A stretch of DNA of 64,000 bases, from positions 806,001 to 870,000 of the forward strand of contig JAUFOR010000004.1 in NCBI GenBank assembly GCA_040285745.1, in the 5' to 3' direction. Shown piece after piece: positions 50,223-61,118 of the stretch. Within the stretch, counting starts at the first letter, position 1. Each line of letters opens with the position of its first letter. Source of the stretch: Barthelona sp. PCE. Taxonomy: Eukaryota. The notes beneath the pieces were generated by a model. It saw nothing but the letters and a program-made list of their open reading frames with translations. It had not been told where the DNA came from and did not search any database. Both the position numbers and the translations under genes were made by a program.

Positions 50223-52694
50223 ATGCAAAGTTTCAGCCATGCATCGAAGCCATCTTCAAAGGCAAAGAAGATTTTCGTGAAGAGACCGCTCACAGTTAGA
50301 GAAGTTATCAAAGATACAGTCAAAATTAAAGATGAAGTCTTTATTGACGATGCATTAGGGGTTGTGCGTGATTCGAAAACAAATAAGATCCAGGATTTCT
50401 CCATCCTTGGGCATACGGATGACTTCCAGGAAGACTATAAAGAAACAGTCCAAAAAAACAAAACAAAACGATATGGTGAAGCTTCTCCAATGTATATTAC
50501 GTCTGCGCGCGTCAGTGAGAAGCAGCCAAAGACTTTGACTGAAGATGAGCAACATAATTATGATGTAGTTGAAACTGTTCCTTTTAATCTTGGAGAAACC
50601 CTCAATCGCCTTGCTGAAAGCCGTCTTGCTGAGAACAAGTTGTATGAGGACAAGATGAAGAAGATGATGCCTTTTGAACGGCTCAAGGCACAAACTCAGG
50701 TTAACGCCCTCGCCCATTATAACAGTATGCAAGAGTACTGGAACAACTTCAAAGAGCGCATGGCAAAGAAGCTTGACCGCAACATTGATGACCTTGTCAT
50801 GAGCAGAACAGACTTTTACCGTGAGACAATAGAGACAAAGCACCTATTAGAGAATAGTATTCCTCTAGCCAAAAAGTTCGGCACAAACTTCTGGCAGATG
50901 AGCCTGCGCAACGGTGGCACTTTTTATGTGCCTCTCGGTGGCAAGTTCAGCGGTGTATTTTGTCCTGTTAAGGTTAACCTGGAACCTGAACGCATTGACT
51001 TGATTCGAAATCCCTTCAAAAAGAACTCTCTTCCCAGCAGTATTGCGCTGAGTGAACAGCAGAAGAAGCGCGTGCGCCGTTTCCAAGGGTATATCCCGGA
51101 AGACTTTTCCAGACTCAGTCTCAAAGGTGAGTCTATCTTGACAGAGGCGAGGATAGAAAACGAGTTTATCAGAGAAAAGGCAAAGATGGAGCGGGAGAAC
51201 GAGGAACAAGCTGGTGTCACTTCTGACGATGTCTCCAGTAAGACCAATATGCAGATCCTGCAGCGCCAACTCAGCCAAATTGTTAACAAGAAGAAAACAC
51301 TCTCTGAGTGCTTGTATGAGAAGCCGAAGCCCGTCGGCCCTTCGTTTAAGCTGTCAACTGATTCTCTAATGTTTGTTGTCACGCCGCCAAACACAAAGCA
51401 AAATTTGAATCTATCAATGGAGAACAACGGTACGACTGTGTTGCGATACCGCTGGGAGAAGGCGAAGAATCCATCGCTCAACGTGAACGTTGCATACACT
51501 GACAGCGCTTTTTCTTTGATGAAGGCTACAGGTGTGTTGCTCCCCGGACAGAAGGAGACTTTCACGTTCTGCTATCAGGCAGCGATGACTGGCAAGCACT
51601 CTGCGCGCTATGAGCTCATTGTTGACCCGAAACCAGCCCAAATGTATGGTCAGGATGAGAGGGAGCGATACTTTGTCAACCTGAAGGGCTTTGCCAAGCA
51701 AGCAGATGCCCTTCTCACAGACGAACAAGAGCAGCTCAAGCAAAACCTCGAAGAGCGTACAGTGTTGCGTACCGTCAAGGATGTTATCGAAGACACCATA
51801 TTCTTTGGTCTCGATGAGAAGACGACCGAAGACTTTTCGCACTACATGGACACTGAATACAACATGTTTTGCAACAGGAACAAGGATTACAATATCCAAT
51901 TCACCCGTCACGTGTACGATGTCTTCAAGAATTTGGCAGAGAATGTTTTCGCGAACGTGAAACGAGCAATGAAGGAAGAAGGGCAGGAAACTGAGATTCC
52001 TGCCTGGGACCACTCAATTGATGAGTTACTTGGTGTTGGAAACGCTATTAAGGATAGTGGATTGCATGACGCAACTATGAGTATGATATATAGCACGATC
52101 TCATATTGTTCACTGCCTGAGGAGTGTCACGACATCAAATTGGGTAACGAGATCTCATGTAGTATCTTCCGCTCGCTATTCCTGGAGCTGATTGAATCTA
52201 TTCCGGAGATGGAATCCAAATTAAAGGCGAAGAAAGACTGTTATGAGAGAGTATACTACCGTATTCGCGATGAAGACTTTGATGATACAATCCCAAAGAG
52301 TGAAGAAAACATGGAGGAGTTAATCAAGACAGATATCCTTGATGGATTGGGTCTTAACGCTAGTGAGGAAGTGTCAGCGGAGGATGACGATAAAAAGAAA
52401 AAGTCAAAACCAAAGAAGAAGGATGAGAAGAAAAGAAAAGATGATAAAAAGAGAAAGGATGATAAAAAGAAGGACAGAAGAGATGCTATTATTGTACCTG
52501 ATCCAACTGAGGCTCTTGTTGACGAAGATGAGGTTCATCCTGATTTTAGCCTGATCAACGATAATGCAATCCACGATCGACTGGTTATCAAGGTTCATAA
52601 TGCCTTTTCAAAAGCTATTGGTGAGTTTGAGACATTGATGGATGTGGCAAAGTCTCAGATAGAAATAGCAGCTCAGATTAAAGCTTTATTGTAA
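50223..52694 (+). CDS. MYCBPAP: MYCBP-associated protein-like (ciliary, Ig-like ASH/MSP-type domain)
   Basis: DLVMSRTDFYRE..E, FWQMSLR, LSMENNGTTVLRYRWEK and GVLLPGQKETFTF. Confidence 0.8.
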   Translation: MQSFSHASKPSSKAKKIFVKRPLTVREVIKDTVKIKDEVFIDDALGVVRDSKTNKIQDFSILGHTDDFQEDYKETVQKNKTKRYGEASPMYITSARVSEKQPKTLTEDEQHNYDVVETVPFNLGETLNRLAESRLAENKLYEDKMKKMMPFERLKAQTQVNALAHYNSMQEYWNNFKERMAKKLDRNIDDLVMSRTDFYRETIETKHLLENSIPLAKKFGTNFWQMSLRNGGTFYVPLGGKFSGVFCPVKVNLEPERIDLIRNPFKKNSLPSSIALSEQQKKRVRRFQGYIPEDFSRLSLKGESILTEARIENEFIREKAKMERENEEQAGVTSDDVSSKTNMQILQRQLSQIVNKKKTLSECLYEKPKPVGPSFKLSTDSLMFVVTPPNTKQNLNLSMENNGTTVLRYRWEKAKNPSLNVNVAYTDSAFSLMKATGVLLPGQKETFTFCYQAAMTGKHSARYELIVDPKPAQMYGQDERERYFVNLKGFAKQADALLTDEQEQLKQNLEERTVLRTVKDVIEDTIFFGLDEKTTEDFSHYMDTEYNMFCNRNKDYNIQFTRHVYDVFKNLAENVFANVKRAMKEEGQETEIPAWDHSIDELLGVGNAIKDSGLHDATMSMIYSTISYCSLPEECHDIKLGNEISCSIFRSLFLELIESIPEMESKLKAKKDCYERVYYRIRDEDFDDTIPKSEENMEELIKTDILDGLGLNASEEVSAEDDDKKKKSKPKKKDEKKRKDDKKRKDDKKKDRRDAIIVPDPTEALVDEDEVHPDFSLINDNAIHDRLVIKVHNAFSKAIGEFETLMDVAKSQIEIAAQIKALL

Positions 52695-52754
52695 AAAAAA
52701 TGTTTAATTTTTTACCCCCTTTTCAGAGCAAACAAATTGGGTTTTTAGTTAAGA

Positions 52755-55700
52755 ATGACTGAATCAAAGTATGACCTCGAGTGCGCTAAATTGGGTTATG
52801 TACCTAACGCGTCTTTACAAAATTTCATAAACAATCCGCACGCCGCGAAACTTGTGCTTAACGAAACACACACGGATAGGAGCGTTCCGTCCTTCCTCCG
52901 AACAGCAAATAGCATTAATCATATCAGAGAATTGGAGTTTTTGAACTTTGATTTTACCATTTGGGATGATTCAGCAAATGCATTGGCTTCTCTTCTTCTT
53001 GGGTCTATCTACATCAGCAATCTCACGATTACAAACTGTACCATTGATGCGGATAGTCTCAAACATGTTTTTTCTTCTTTAGGTCGCAATACAAGCCTCA
53101 CAGGACTTGTCTTAACAAATATGAGCATCTCTCTCGAATGCTTCTCGATGCTTTTTAGATGTCTTGGAGCAAATTCCAATATTTCCTCGTTAACGATTGA
53201 GCACTGTTACTTCAGTGACGACCACTGTGTCTTCTTGGCAAACATCCTTGCATTCAAGAAGACTCTGTGCTATCTCTCCCTTGCACACAACCTCATCACA
53301 GTCGACGGATGCACGGCTTTGCTCAAAGGATTGGAAACAAATACATCTCTTTCTGCATTCTACATTTACGACAATCCTATCCGTGATGAAGGTCTTGAAG
53401 TCATTGCTCCATTTCTAACCCGTTTTCCCGAGATCAACCTCAGTAACTGTTTGTTGAGCGGAACCAGTGTTGATGTTTTCGAAAAGCACTGGAAGGTTAA
53501 TGGTACAATCCCACGTTCAATTGATCTTCGCAACAACAGAATTTCTAACGGAATTGTGCAGCTAGCCCTCATGTTAGGTACAATGCCGAACCTTACAGCG
53601 CTGGACCTCGAGAATAACAAAATTGGTAGTGGCGCTGGTCTTCTCGCAATGTCTCTGAGTGTTCATCCCAGTCTGACGAACGTGAATTTGAGCAACAACC
53701 TCATTGGCGACGAAACCAGTCTTAAGATAGCTGAGGCGCTTACAACATCACCGAATCTTAAGCTGATTGACATGAAGCAAAATTTCATTTCTGACAGTGG
53801 TGAAGTGGAGCTGATAAAAATTATCCAAGCGTTGGAAAGCGATGCCTCAATTGATATTTCAAACCAATTCATTGTTTCTGAAGAGGAAATGGCTGATATA
53901 GTCACAGAGGAACTCTTTTTTACGAGATACGCAGGTATCAAGGCGACCGCACCTGTTTTACTGGAAGAGTACACCACCCAGTGCAAGGGAATTGGCATGG
54001 AAGTATGTCCTCTTGTTGTTGATCTTCTAGAGAGATTAGGTCGTCCAATCGTTTCACTTGACGAATGGGACGAGGTACCACTGGGACTTGGATTTGAGAA
54101 TTGTAACCTAGGCGTTCCTGGTTGCCACGTAATCGCTCAATTATTGAAGTTACTCCCGGGAACTCGCCTTTTAAAGCTGACAAACAGTCAGCTCAACTCA
54201 GGTTTCGGCCTGATCGTTGCTGCCATTCAGGACGACGGTATCACTGAACTTGACGTTGCTAACTGTGGTTTAAACGAGATGGACATCTCTGGTCTTGATG
54301 AAATGATTGCAAAGAACCAGCATCTAAAGGTGATCAACCTTTCTGGTAATGACTTGAGCTCTTACGAAGCCCAAGCACATCTTTGCAACCTCATTAATAA
54401 GTGCAGCAGCATCTCGAAGCTTGTTCTTGAGAATGTTGGCTTTTCAGAGTCAACTGTTCACGTTTTTGAGTCTCTTCTTGTACCCAACATCCCATGCACC
54501 GATCTTGTGTTGGATAACAACGCGTTCGGAGCGCAATCTGCTGTGCTTTGCCGCATGCTCTGCACTTTCTTCCCGTATCTCTGGAAACTGAGTCTTATCA
54601 ACTGTGGTATCGAGCCTGTCAGCATCAGTGGTGTCGCAACACTCATCAAGACGCATCCCACGTTGCGCCACCTGTCACTTGATAACAACGGTCTAAGTGT
54701 TGAAGTTTCAGACATACTCGCCCAAGCCCTACAGCTTTCGAGTTTGGAAAGCCTCAGCGTCCGCGGGAACCCTCTTAACATCGAAGCGCTTGGCAATATT
54801 TCACGTGTTGCCGAGACAGTCAACACTGACCAATTGCCTGCAACATCCATTGCCCTCTCTGTTCAAGATACCCCGATGTCGATGCGGTCAGCGTATGCGC
54901 CTGAGAGCACACTTGCTACCCCTGATACTAAGAAGAATCATGAGGAAGTAATGATACAAGAGGAGCTGGGTATGCTAGAGATGCAACTGCGTGAATTGTT
55001 GGATCAGAAAGACATGTTAGTTGGACGCCTACGTGTTATGAAAGAGCAAGAGAAGGAAGAGACGTTGCTTGAGGGTGTTGAAATTGAAAAATACGCTCCT
55101 CTACCGTCTTTTGATCCTTTCTCGGCTGAAACGGTTGAAAGGATGCAACAAATTCTCGACAGTCACGAAAAGGAAGCCTATGCCATTGACCAAAAGCTTT
55201 CCCGTGGTGAGGAAGAGTTTGAGGCACTCAAAATGACGTATGGTGAGGTACTAGACAAAATAGCTCATTCATGCAACCAGCTCACACATATCGAGGAGCA
55301 TCTAAAGAAGCTAATGCACGCTAATGATACGCAAACTATGACACAGGTCGTTCAGCAGAAGTCAGAGATTGAGAATATGATTATGGGTCTTGTCGGAGAC
55401 CGCGACAAAACCTTATTGCGAATGCGCACCCTTGCCAACCAGATGGTCACCGAGTGTGGTTCCGCTCACAGCCAGGAGGAGGCAACTAAAAAGCGCGTGA
55501 TCCGTGCGTTCAATGCAATCAGTGGTCTCGAGCTGATGGATGATAACGGTAACCTCAAATCGTTCCCTTATGAAACTGCTGTTCGATCACTCAGCAAGTA
55601 CAGCGAGTTACGCTCAAAGTTCGAGCGCTACCAGACTCAGGAGTTACGGGTATCTTCTGAATGGGTTAAAGCGCGTGAGAACGTGCAGAACATGCGTCTT

Positions 55701-56351
55701 GCCCTTAAAGAAGCTGAATTCGAAGAGGAGCGTAGGTATCAAGCGTTCGCCAGCATCGCTTGTCTCAGTAAGACAACAAAGATGCACTGCCATGAAGTAG
55801 CCGACCAAATGCAACTTGACATGGATGAGAACGTCGAAAAGCTCATGCACGCTGCCAACGAACGCAACGCCATGATGGCTGTGTTCAGGGAACTGTACGA
55901 CAACGTTATCGACCGCTCAGATATGTTCAAGCAGGCTGAAGATGATTATATGAGTGTTTGGAACGAGGTGAACGTTGATGACGGGTGGACCGAGATCCAG
56001 CGTATCCTCAATGAGCATGAACTGAAGCTGCAGGCTCAAGAGAGACTACGTGATCTGAAGCGGGAGTACACCGGTCAGATCAGCTCGATTAATCAACGTC
56101 AGAACCTATTGAAGGATGATATTAGGCTTGCACAGCGTACTGGAGATTATGAGTCCTTCCTACGAGGCCAAACCACCCTCAACCAACTGGAGGGTGAAAA
56201 GACTCTCCTTCAAAACAAGCTGACCGATCTAACCACAGCTCTTGTCGACAGTGTTGAGCGCATCAACGATTCACTAAGTTCTTTACATCAGGACTTCGGT
56301 GATAGGTACCAGGAGTATCTCATCAGATACAACCGTATGAAACGCAGATAG
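52755..56351 (+). CDS. RNI-like leucine-rich repeat protein with a C-terminal coiled coil (LRRC45/PPP1R37-like architecture)
   Basis: Repeated LxxLxLxxNxI units in two blocks, followed by about 450 aa of coiled coil. Confidence 0.8.
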   Translation: MTESKYDLECAKLGYVPNASLQNFINNPHAAKLVLNETHTDRSVPSFLRTANSINHIRELEFLNFDFTIWDDSANALASLLLGSIYISNLTITNCTIDADSLKHVFSSLGRNTSLTGLVLTNMSISLECFSMLFRCLGANSNISSLTIEHCYFSDDHCVFLANILAFKKTLCYLSLAHNLITVDGCTALLKGLETNTSLSAFYIYDNPIRDEGLEVIAPFLTRFPEINLSNCLLSGTSVDVFEKHWKVNGTIPRSIDLRNNRISNGIVQLALMLGTMPNLTALDLENNKIGSGAGLLAMSLSVHPSLTNVNLSNNLIGDETSLKIAEALTTSPNLKLIDMKQNFISDSGEVELIKIIQALESDASIDISNQFIVSEEEMADIVTEELFFTRYAGIKATAPVLLEEYTTQCKGIGMEVCPLVVDLLERLGRPIVSLDEWDEVPLGLGFENCNLGVPGCHVIAQLLKLLPGTRLLKLTNSQLNSGFGLIVAAIQDDGITELDVANCGLNEMDISGLDEMIAKNQHLKVINLSGNDLSSYEAQAHLCNLINKCSSISKLVLENVGFSESTVHVFESLLVPNIPCTDLVLDNNAFGAQSAVLCRMLCTFFPYLWKLSLINCGIEPVSISGVATLIKTHPTLRHLSLDNNGLSVEVSDILAQALQLSSLESLSVRGNPLNIEALGNISRVAETVNTDQLPATSIALSVQDTPMSMRSAYAPESTLATPDTKKNHEEVMIQEELGMLEMQLRELLDQKDMLVGRLRVMKEQEKEETLLEGVEIEKYAPLPSFDPFSAETVERMQQILDSHEKEAYAIDQKLSRGEEEFEALKMTYGEVLDKIAHSCNQLTHIEEHLKKLMHANDTQTMTQVVQQKSEIENMIMGLVGDRDKTLLRMRTLANQMVTECGSAHSQEEATKKRVIRAFNAISGLELMDDNGNLKSFPYETAVRSLSKYSELRSKFERYQTQELRVSSEWVKARENVQNMRLALKEAEFEEERRYQAFASIACLSKTTKMHCHEVADQMQLDMDENVEKLMHAANERNAMMAVFRELYDNVIDRSDMFKQAEDDYMSVWNEVNVDDGWTEIQRILNEHELKLQAQERLRDLKREYTGQISSINQRQNLLKDDIRLAQRTGDYESFLRGQTTLNQLEGEKTLLQNKLTDLTTALVDSVERINDSLSSLHQDFGDRYQEYLIRYNRMKRR

Positions 56352-56373
56352 ATTCAAACCGTAACACAATAAA

Positions 56374-58251
56374 TCAACATGGTACAGCCTGACTGAGCCA
56401 CTCTCTTAGATCGATTGTGCTACATGAATACACCACTTTCTCGTCGCTGATGCAATCAAAGCAGTATGTGGCGTAACCAAAATTATCAACAGAAGGAATG
56501 AGCACATACAACTTGGAATCGAAAACGCTCATTAATTTTGGTTCACGGAGTATCACTTCTATTTGCTCAGCACCAAAACAGTCGTCAAACGCAAATATGA
56601 GCTTATTTTCCTGTGATATGCTCATATTGTAAATACCGGTTGATAAAGCAATCAAATTTTTGCTGATGAAGCACAAGAATTTTCCAGTCACTGCGCAGTT
56701 GGGAGAAACGTCACCGACTATCAGACATCGCGTGCCCCCCAGAACCATAAGAACCATGCTTGGATCAAAAGGGTTGAAATACTGCTGGAATCGAGTGGTA
56801 TGCTTTTTGACCTTCAAACGATCTTCTGATACACAGTACAAACACTCCATCCCCGGTTCTGCAAGGTAATAGCCGTCCTCTACAATGCTATGGAGAGGAG
56901 GGAGTTTAACAGCCGTGAACGTTTCCGAGTCAAACTCGACTGTGCCGTCCTCGTATTGAATCATTAATGCTCCTTCATCGGATATACCAAGTAGTGTAGC
57001 TCGTATTGGAAGCACAGTTCTAAACATCTCACCCTCGAACGTGCATATTGTAACTCCTTTTTCATCCAAAAAATGCTGATACTCCCAAACTACGCAATCT
57101 TTGAGAATTCTGATTGGAGGGTCCAAAAAATTACTGGTATCTGGCTTCGAGATAATAAAACACTGGTATGTGTTGTTATTAATATCAAACTTAACCATTC
57201 CACGTGAAGTAGCTTGGATCAACACTGTACCATACAGTATGCGATGGGACTTCTGAGGAATCCAGAGATGGGGATCAGATACCCATCTATCGTAGATAAG
57301 TAACCGATTTGGCAGAACGTCAAACATTAGGATTTGATCTTCAAGACACATAATTGTAAAAGGTGCCAGAGGTGTGAACCCTGTAGTTTTTGAGAATTCA
57401 GAACCGTTGTACCGAATAAACGATGCATATGATCCACCATGTGGAACTAGAATTGCTGTGAATGTGAGAGCTTGAGGATCCAAATCTTTCAACAAAACAG
57501 AAAAATTACTGGCGTCAAACTTGCACAACTCTGGGAATGCTTGATCCTGGATAAGAATGTATTGCTCAAAGACATACGGGCCGATACAAACGTACAAAAC
57601 AAGTTTGGAAGGAGTAAATACAACAATGTACTGTGAGAAAAAAGTATATGAGGCATCCACATCATAATCACATAAAATAGACAGCTCTGGGCACTCTAGA
57701 TCCTGGATTATGCTTTGTGTAAGCTCAATGAAACAGATTTTTCCTTCGATCACAAAGAAAATATGTTCATTCACGAATCCAAGATAAATTGCATTTTTGT
57801 AGTTAAAAAGAGTTAATATTGTTCCATTTTCAACTGAAGCTACACATACTCCGGTTCTTGAACTCATAGAAAGGTATAGATCGTAATCTAACCATAAACA
57901 CACATTATTTATATTGCTGAAATACAACGTACATGAGTAACGCACTGTAGCTCCGTCCTTACGTTCAAATATGACATTGAACAAAGTTTTATGATCAGAA
58001 ACATGAGTCAAAGCAAATGTACGTGGCAAAAACATAAATCGTGTGAATATACATCCCTGTGGTACAGGATCGCTGATGGGTATAGAAATCTCGTGTTCTA
58101 GATCAATGGAGACATTGCTTTTATCGCAAACCTCATCTAGAGTAAAAGAACTTCCACTGTTCATCTGAACAGAACCAACAGCGGCACCAAACACCACAGG
58201 GCAAGACAGCCCTGCATTAAAAACATGAGTTCTTCTTGCAACTCGTGGCAT
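56374..58251 (-). CDS. Hypothetical beta-rich protein (possible degenerate beta-propeller)
   Basis: Open frame of about 625 aa from ATG 58251 with a beta-strand-like alternating hydrophobic pattern. No family recognised. Confidence 0.7.
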   Translation of the reverse strand: MPRVARRTHVFNAGLSCPVVFGAAVGSVQMNSGSSFTLDEVCDKSNVSIDLEHEISIPISDPVPQGCIFTRFMFLPRTFALTHVSDHKTLFNVIFERKDGATVRYSCTLYFSNINNVCLWLDYDLYLSMSSRTGVCVASVENGTILTLFNYKNAIYLGFVNEHIFFVIEGKICFIELTQSIIQDLECPELSILCDYDVDASYTFFSQYIVVFTPSKLVLYVCIGPYVFEQYILIQDQAFPELCKFDASNFSVLLKDLDPQALTFTAILVPHGGSYASFIRYNGSEFSKTTGFTPLAPFTIMCLEDQILMFDVLPNRLLIYDRWVSDPHLWIPQKSHRILYGTVLIQATSRGMVKFDINNNTYQCFIISKPDTSNFLDPPIRILKDCVVWEYQHFLDEKGVTICTFEGEMFRTVLPIRATLLGISDEGALMIQYEDGTVEFDSETFTAVKLPPLHSIVEDGYYLAEPGMECLYCVSEDRLKVKKHTTRFQQYFNPFDPSMVLMVLGGTRCLIVGDVSPNCAVTGKFLCFISKNLIALSTGIYNMSISQENKLIFAFDDCFGAEQIEVILREPKLMSVFDSKLYVLIPSVDNFGYATYCFDCISDEKVVYSCSTIDLREWLSQAVPC

Positions 58252-58307
58252 TTGAAAGGAAAAGAAAGAAAAAAATTCTACACAAAAAAGATTGTACATA
58301 CACTGTT

Positions 58308-60818
58308 TTACAAATTCAACATCTTAAACTTCTCGTCGATAGCTCTGCTGCGAGATTGAAAGACTTTTAGACGATCATTGATGTTGCCTGTTAAAGGTTC
58401 AGAGTGTAATTCGGCTGTTTCATCAACTACTGGTTGTTTGGGTCTCACAACAACTGAAGGCTTAAACGTTGACATTGGTGTTCTAAATGCAGCGGTCGGT
58501 GATACAACATCTCCCTTTGATTGAGGAATTGTAAGTCCCAAATCAGCACGGAGTCGAGCGTTTTCAGACTGCAACTGTTTCCTTTCCTGCTGAACAACGA
58601 ACAGAACCGATTGAGTCTTGGAAAGCTGTTCTCTGAACTGTTCCATGTTGGCGTTGAGACTACCCAACTGTTTTCTATAGCTTTCAGCATCGTTCATTGC
58701 TGTTGTCTTTGCGAATTCGAAGTCCTGGATGATCTTCTGTTTCGCTGCGACGTCCTTCTTCAACGAGTGATTCTCCTCAGACAACTTATTGTTGTCAGCA
58801 GAAAGTTCCTTCACAGAAGTTTTCATCTGATCAACAGTCATCTCCAGTGTGGAAACACGTTCTCCAGCAATAACGTCGTGCGATTTTGTCTTTTCCTGAA
58901 TTCCATGCAATTGGGCCTGTAACTTAGCCACGTCCTGCTGCAACTCAACGCGCTGCTTGTTAGCAACCATTAGCTGCTCGTTAAGCTTTGTGTAAAGGTC
59001 TGTCTTACGCAACAGGGAGTCGCGTGCCTGACGAAGATCATCTGTGAGTGACTGCACAGTTGATTCATACTCGAGTTTCATCGACTCGCGTGTGTTGTGC
59101 ATCTGGAGTTCAACGCCCTCCTTTGCAGTAGTCATGCGCTCCAACGTCTCCTGTGTCTCATCTCTCTCGCCCTCAACGCGTTGCACCTCATCACGATGCA
59201 TACGACACTCACCCACAAGTTCATTGCACTTGCTTTCTGCAGCAGCCAGCTTCTCTCTAAGAATCTCCATCTCATAGTGGATACCGTTAGTCTCGTTGTT
59301 GTACATGTTGTTCAGCTCGTCGAACTGGGTTGTCATGCTGTCGAGCTCTGATGTCAACGCATAATGTCCTTCTCTGAGTTCCTCCAACTCTTCGTTGTTG
59401 TCAATGAAAACATCGTTCATATTCATTAGTTCTGCCTTCACCTCCATCATTCTCTCATCGTGAGCTGCCCTCAGCGCATCAACCTTGTCTGCGTGGTCCA
59501 CCTTGTTGCTCTGTAACTGGCTCTCCAATTCTGCCAGGTCGTCTTCCAACTGTGCAACATGCCTTGTTTGCTTTGCCGCTTTCCGCTCGTAATCATCTTT
59601 TGTATTCTCCAGTATTTCAAACTGACTGGCCTTCTCCAACTGGATTACGCGCAGTTTATCGTGTAAGAGTGTGATTTCATTCTGTTGGTTACCCAATGAC
59701 ATCTGCAAGTTCTCAATCTCAGTGAAATGCGTTTCGTTGGCAGCGAGCAAACGGTCATCAAACCCCTTGACAACACTCTCCTCCTTGCGACGATATTGCT
59801 CAATGGTCTCCTGTGTTTTTTTAACAAGCCCATCGTTCTCAGTCTTTAAACGCTGGTTTTCAGCCTTGAGGGCCGCATTCTCCTCATTAACTGTACTACT
59901 CTCCAACAATAGTTGCTCACGGGTCTCTAAAAGACTCTCTCTTGCATGTTCAAGATCTTGTAGCTGATCCGAAAGTACACCGCTCTTTGTGTCAAGCACC
60001 TTTGTCAGCTTCATGTTCTCTGACTCAAGGTTTTGGACAATGTTCATCAACTCATGCTTCTCAATGCTCAGCGTGTTGATTTCTGTCTCATACAGTAATA
60101 CACGGTCGCTCAGCGCGTTCGTCTGCAGCTGAGTCTTATCCAGGTATGTGGCAAGGTCCTCAAGCTGCTTATGCATCTCAAGATTCTGCTCCAGTGTTGC
60201 ATCGTGCTTGTCTTGCAACTTAGCATACTCGCTTTCAACGTGGGACAGCGATGCGATGCGCTCTTTGCTTGTGTTAAGATCCATATGTGCGGTGCTAATG
60301 TCCTCCTTCAGTCCTCTAATCGTGAAATCTTTCTCATTCTCAATCTGCTGTAGATTCCTAATAGCATCACTCGATTTCTTCAGCTCATCCTTCAAGTCCT
60401 GATTGTTGGCCTTCAGCATGTTCAGCTCAAAAGATTTAGCCTTCATAGGCTCAAGTTCTTGCATTTCTTTACGCAAATCTTGGATAATTGCTTCCTTTCT
60501 ATTCAAATCATCAGTTAGTTCAACAAACTGCTTTTCTTTTTCGTTTGCAGCTTCCACAGCTTCCTTGGAATCACGCAACTTACCACGTAAATCAAATGCT
60601 TCGCGACGATGCGCATCAAGCTCTGCCCGAAGGTGATTGACGCTAGTTAAACTACGCGACAACTCGTGATTGAGGCTGGATTTAGTCTCCTCCAACTGTT
60701 GAATTTGTTGTAGAAGAGTGTTATTATACGAAATCTGAGTATTGAGAGTGTCAGACACGCCCTCCAATGATGTGTGCTTCTCGCCCAGCGGTGTTGTATA
60801 ACGGCTCGCCATGGACAT
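58308..60818 (-). CDS. Long coiled-coil protein
   Basis: 836 aa, E/L/Q/K-rich heptad pattern almost throughout. Confidence 0.8.
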   Translation of the reverse strand: MSMASRYTTPLGEKHTSLEGVSDTLNTQISYNNTLLQQIQQLEETKSSLNHELSRSLTSVNHLRAELDAHRREAFDLRGKLRDSKEAVEAANEKEKQFVELTDDLNRKEAIIQDLRKEMQELEPMKAKSFELNMLKANNQDLKDELKKSSDAIRNLQQIENEKDFTIRGLKEDISTAHMDLNTSKERIASLSHVESEYAKLQDKHDATLEQNLEMHKQLEDLATYLDKTQLQTNALSDRVLLYETEINTLSIEKHELMNIVQNLESENMKLTKVLDTKSGVLSDQLQDLEHARESLLETREQLLLESSTVNEENAALKAENQRLKTENDGLVKKTQETIEQYRRKEESVVKGFDDRLLAANETHFTEIENLQMSLGNQQNEITLLHDKLRVIQLEKASQFEILENTKDDYERKAAKQTRHVAQLEDDLAELESQLQSNKVDHADKVDALRAAHDERMMEVKAELMNMNDVFIDNNEELEELREGHYALTSELDSMTTQFDELNNMYNNETNGIHYEMEILREKLAAAESKCNELVGECRMHRDEVQRVEGERDETQETLERMTTAKEGVELQMHNTRESMKLEYESTVQSLTDDLRQARDSLLRKTDLYTKLNEQLMVANKQRVELQQDVAKLQAQLHGIQEKTKSHDVIAGERVSTLEMTVDQMKTSVKELSADNNKLSEENHSLKKDVAAKQKIIQDFEFAKTTAMNDAESYRKQLGSLNANMEQFREQLSKTQSVLFVVQQERKQLQSENARLRADLGLTIPQSKGDVVSPTAAFRTPMSTFKPSVVVRPKQPVVDETAELHSEPLTGNINDRLKVFQSRSRAIDEKFKMLNL

Positions 60819-61118
60819 GGGTGAAAAGGTTCAAATGAAGTAAAACAGATGCATTTTAGTGTTCAAACTGCTGTGCTTTTAATACTCAAAATAAATACAT
60901 TTATAGCGCTTAACATCCCAATGCGATCCACTTAATTTTGTGAAAAATGCTTGAAACGCTAAAAGAACCATAAAACTACTGCCTGCTTTTTCTCTTTTTA
61001 CAATTCAATAAAGCTCAGTTATAAGACGAAAAAGTATCTAATACAGTCATATTTAAGAAAGAATATACAGAAACAAAAAACACATTGGTATGGAACACCT
61101 GTTTACTATGCTTAAAGC

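Noticed and set aside
52385-52480. Repetitive GATGATAAAAAGAGAAAG-like tract
   Set aside because: It encodes the K/D-rich low-complexity segment of MYCBPAP and is not an independent repeat.
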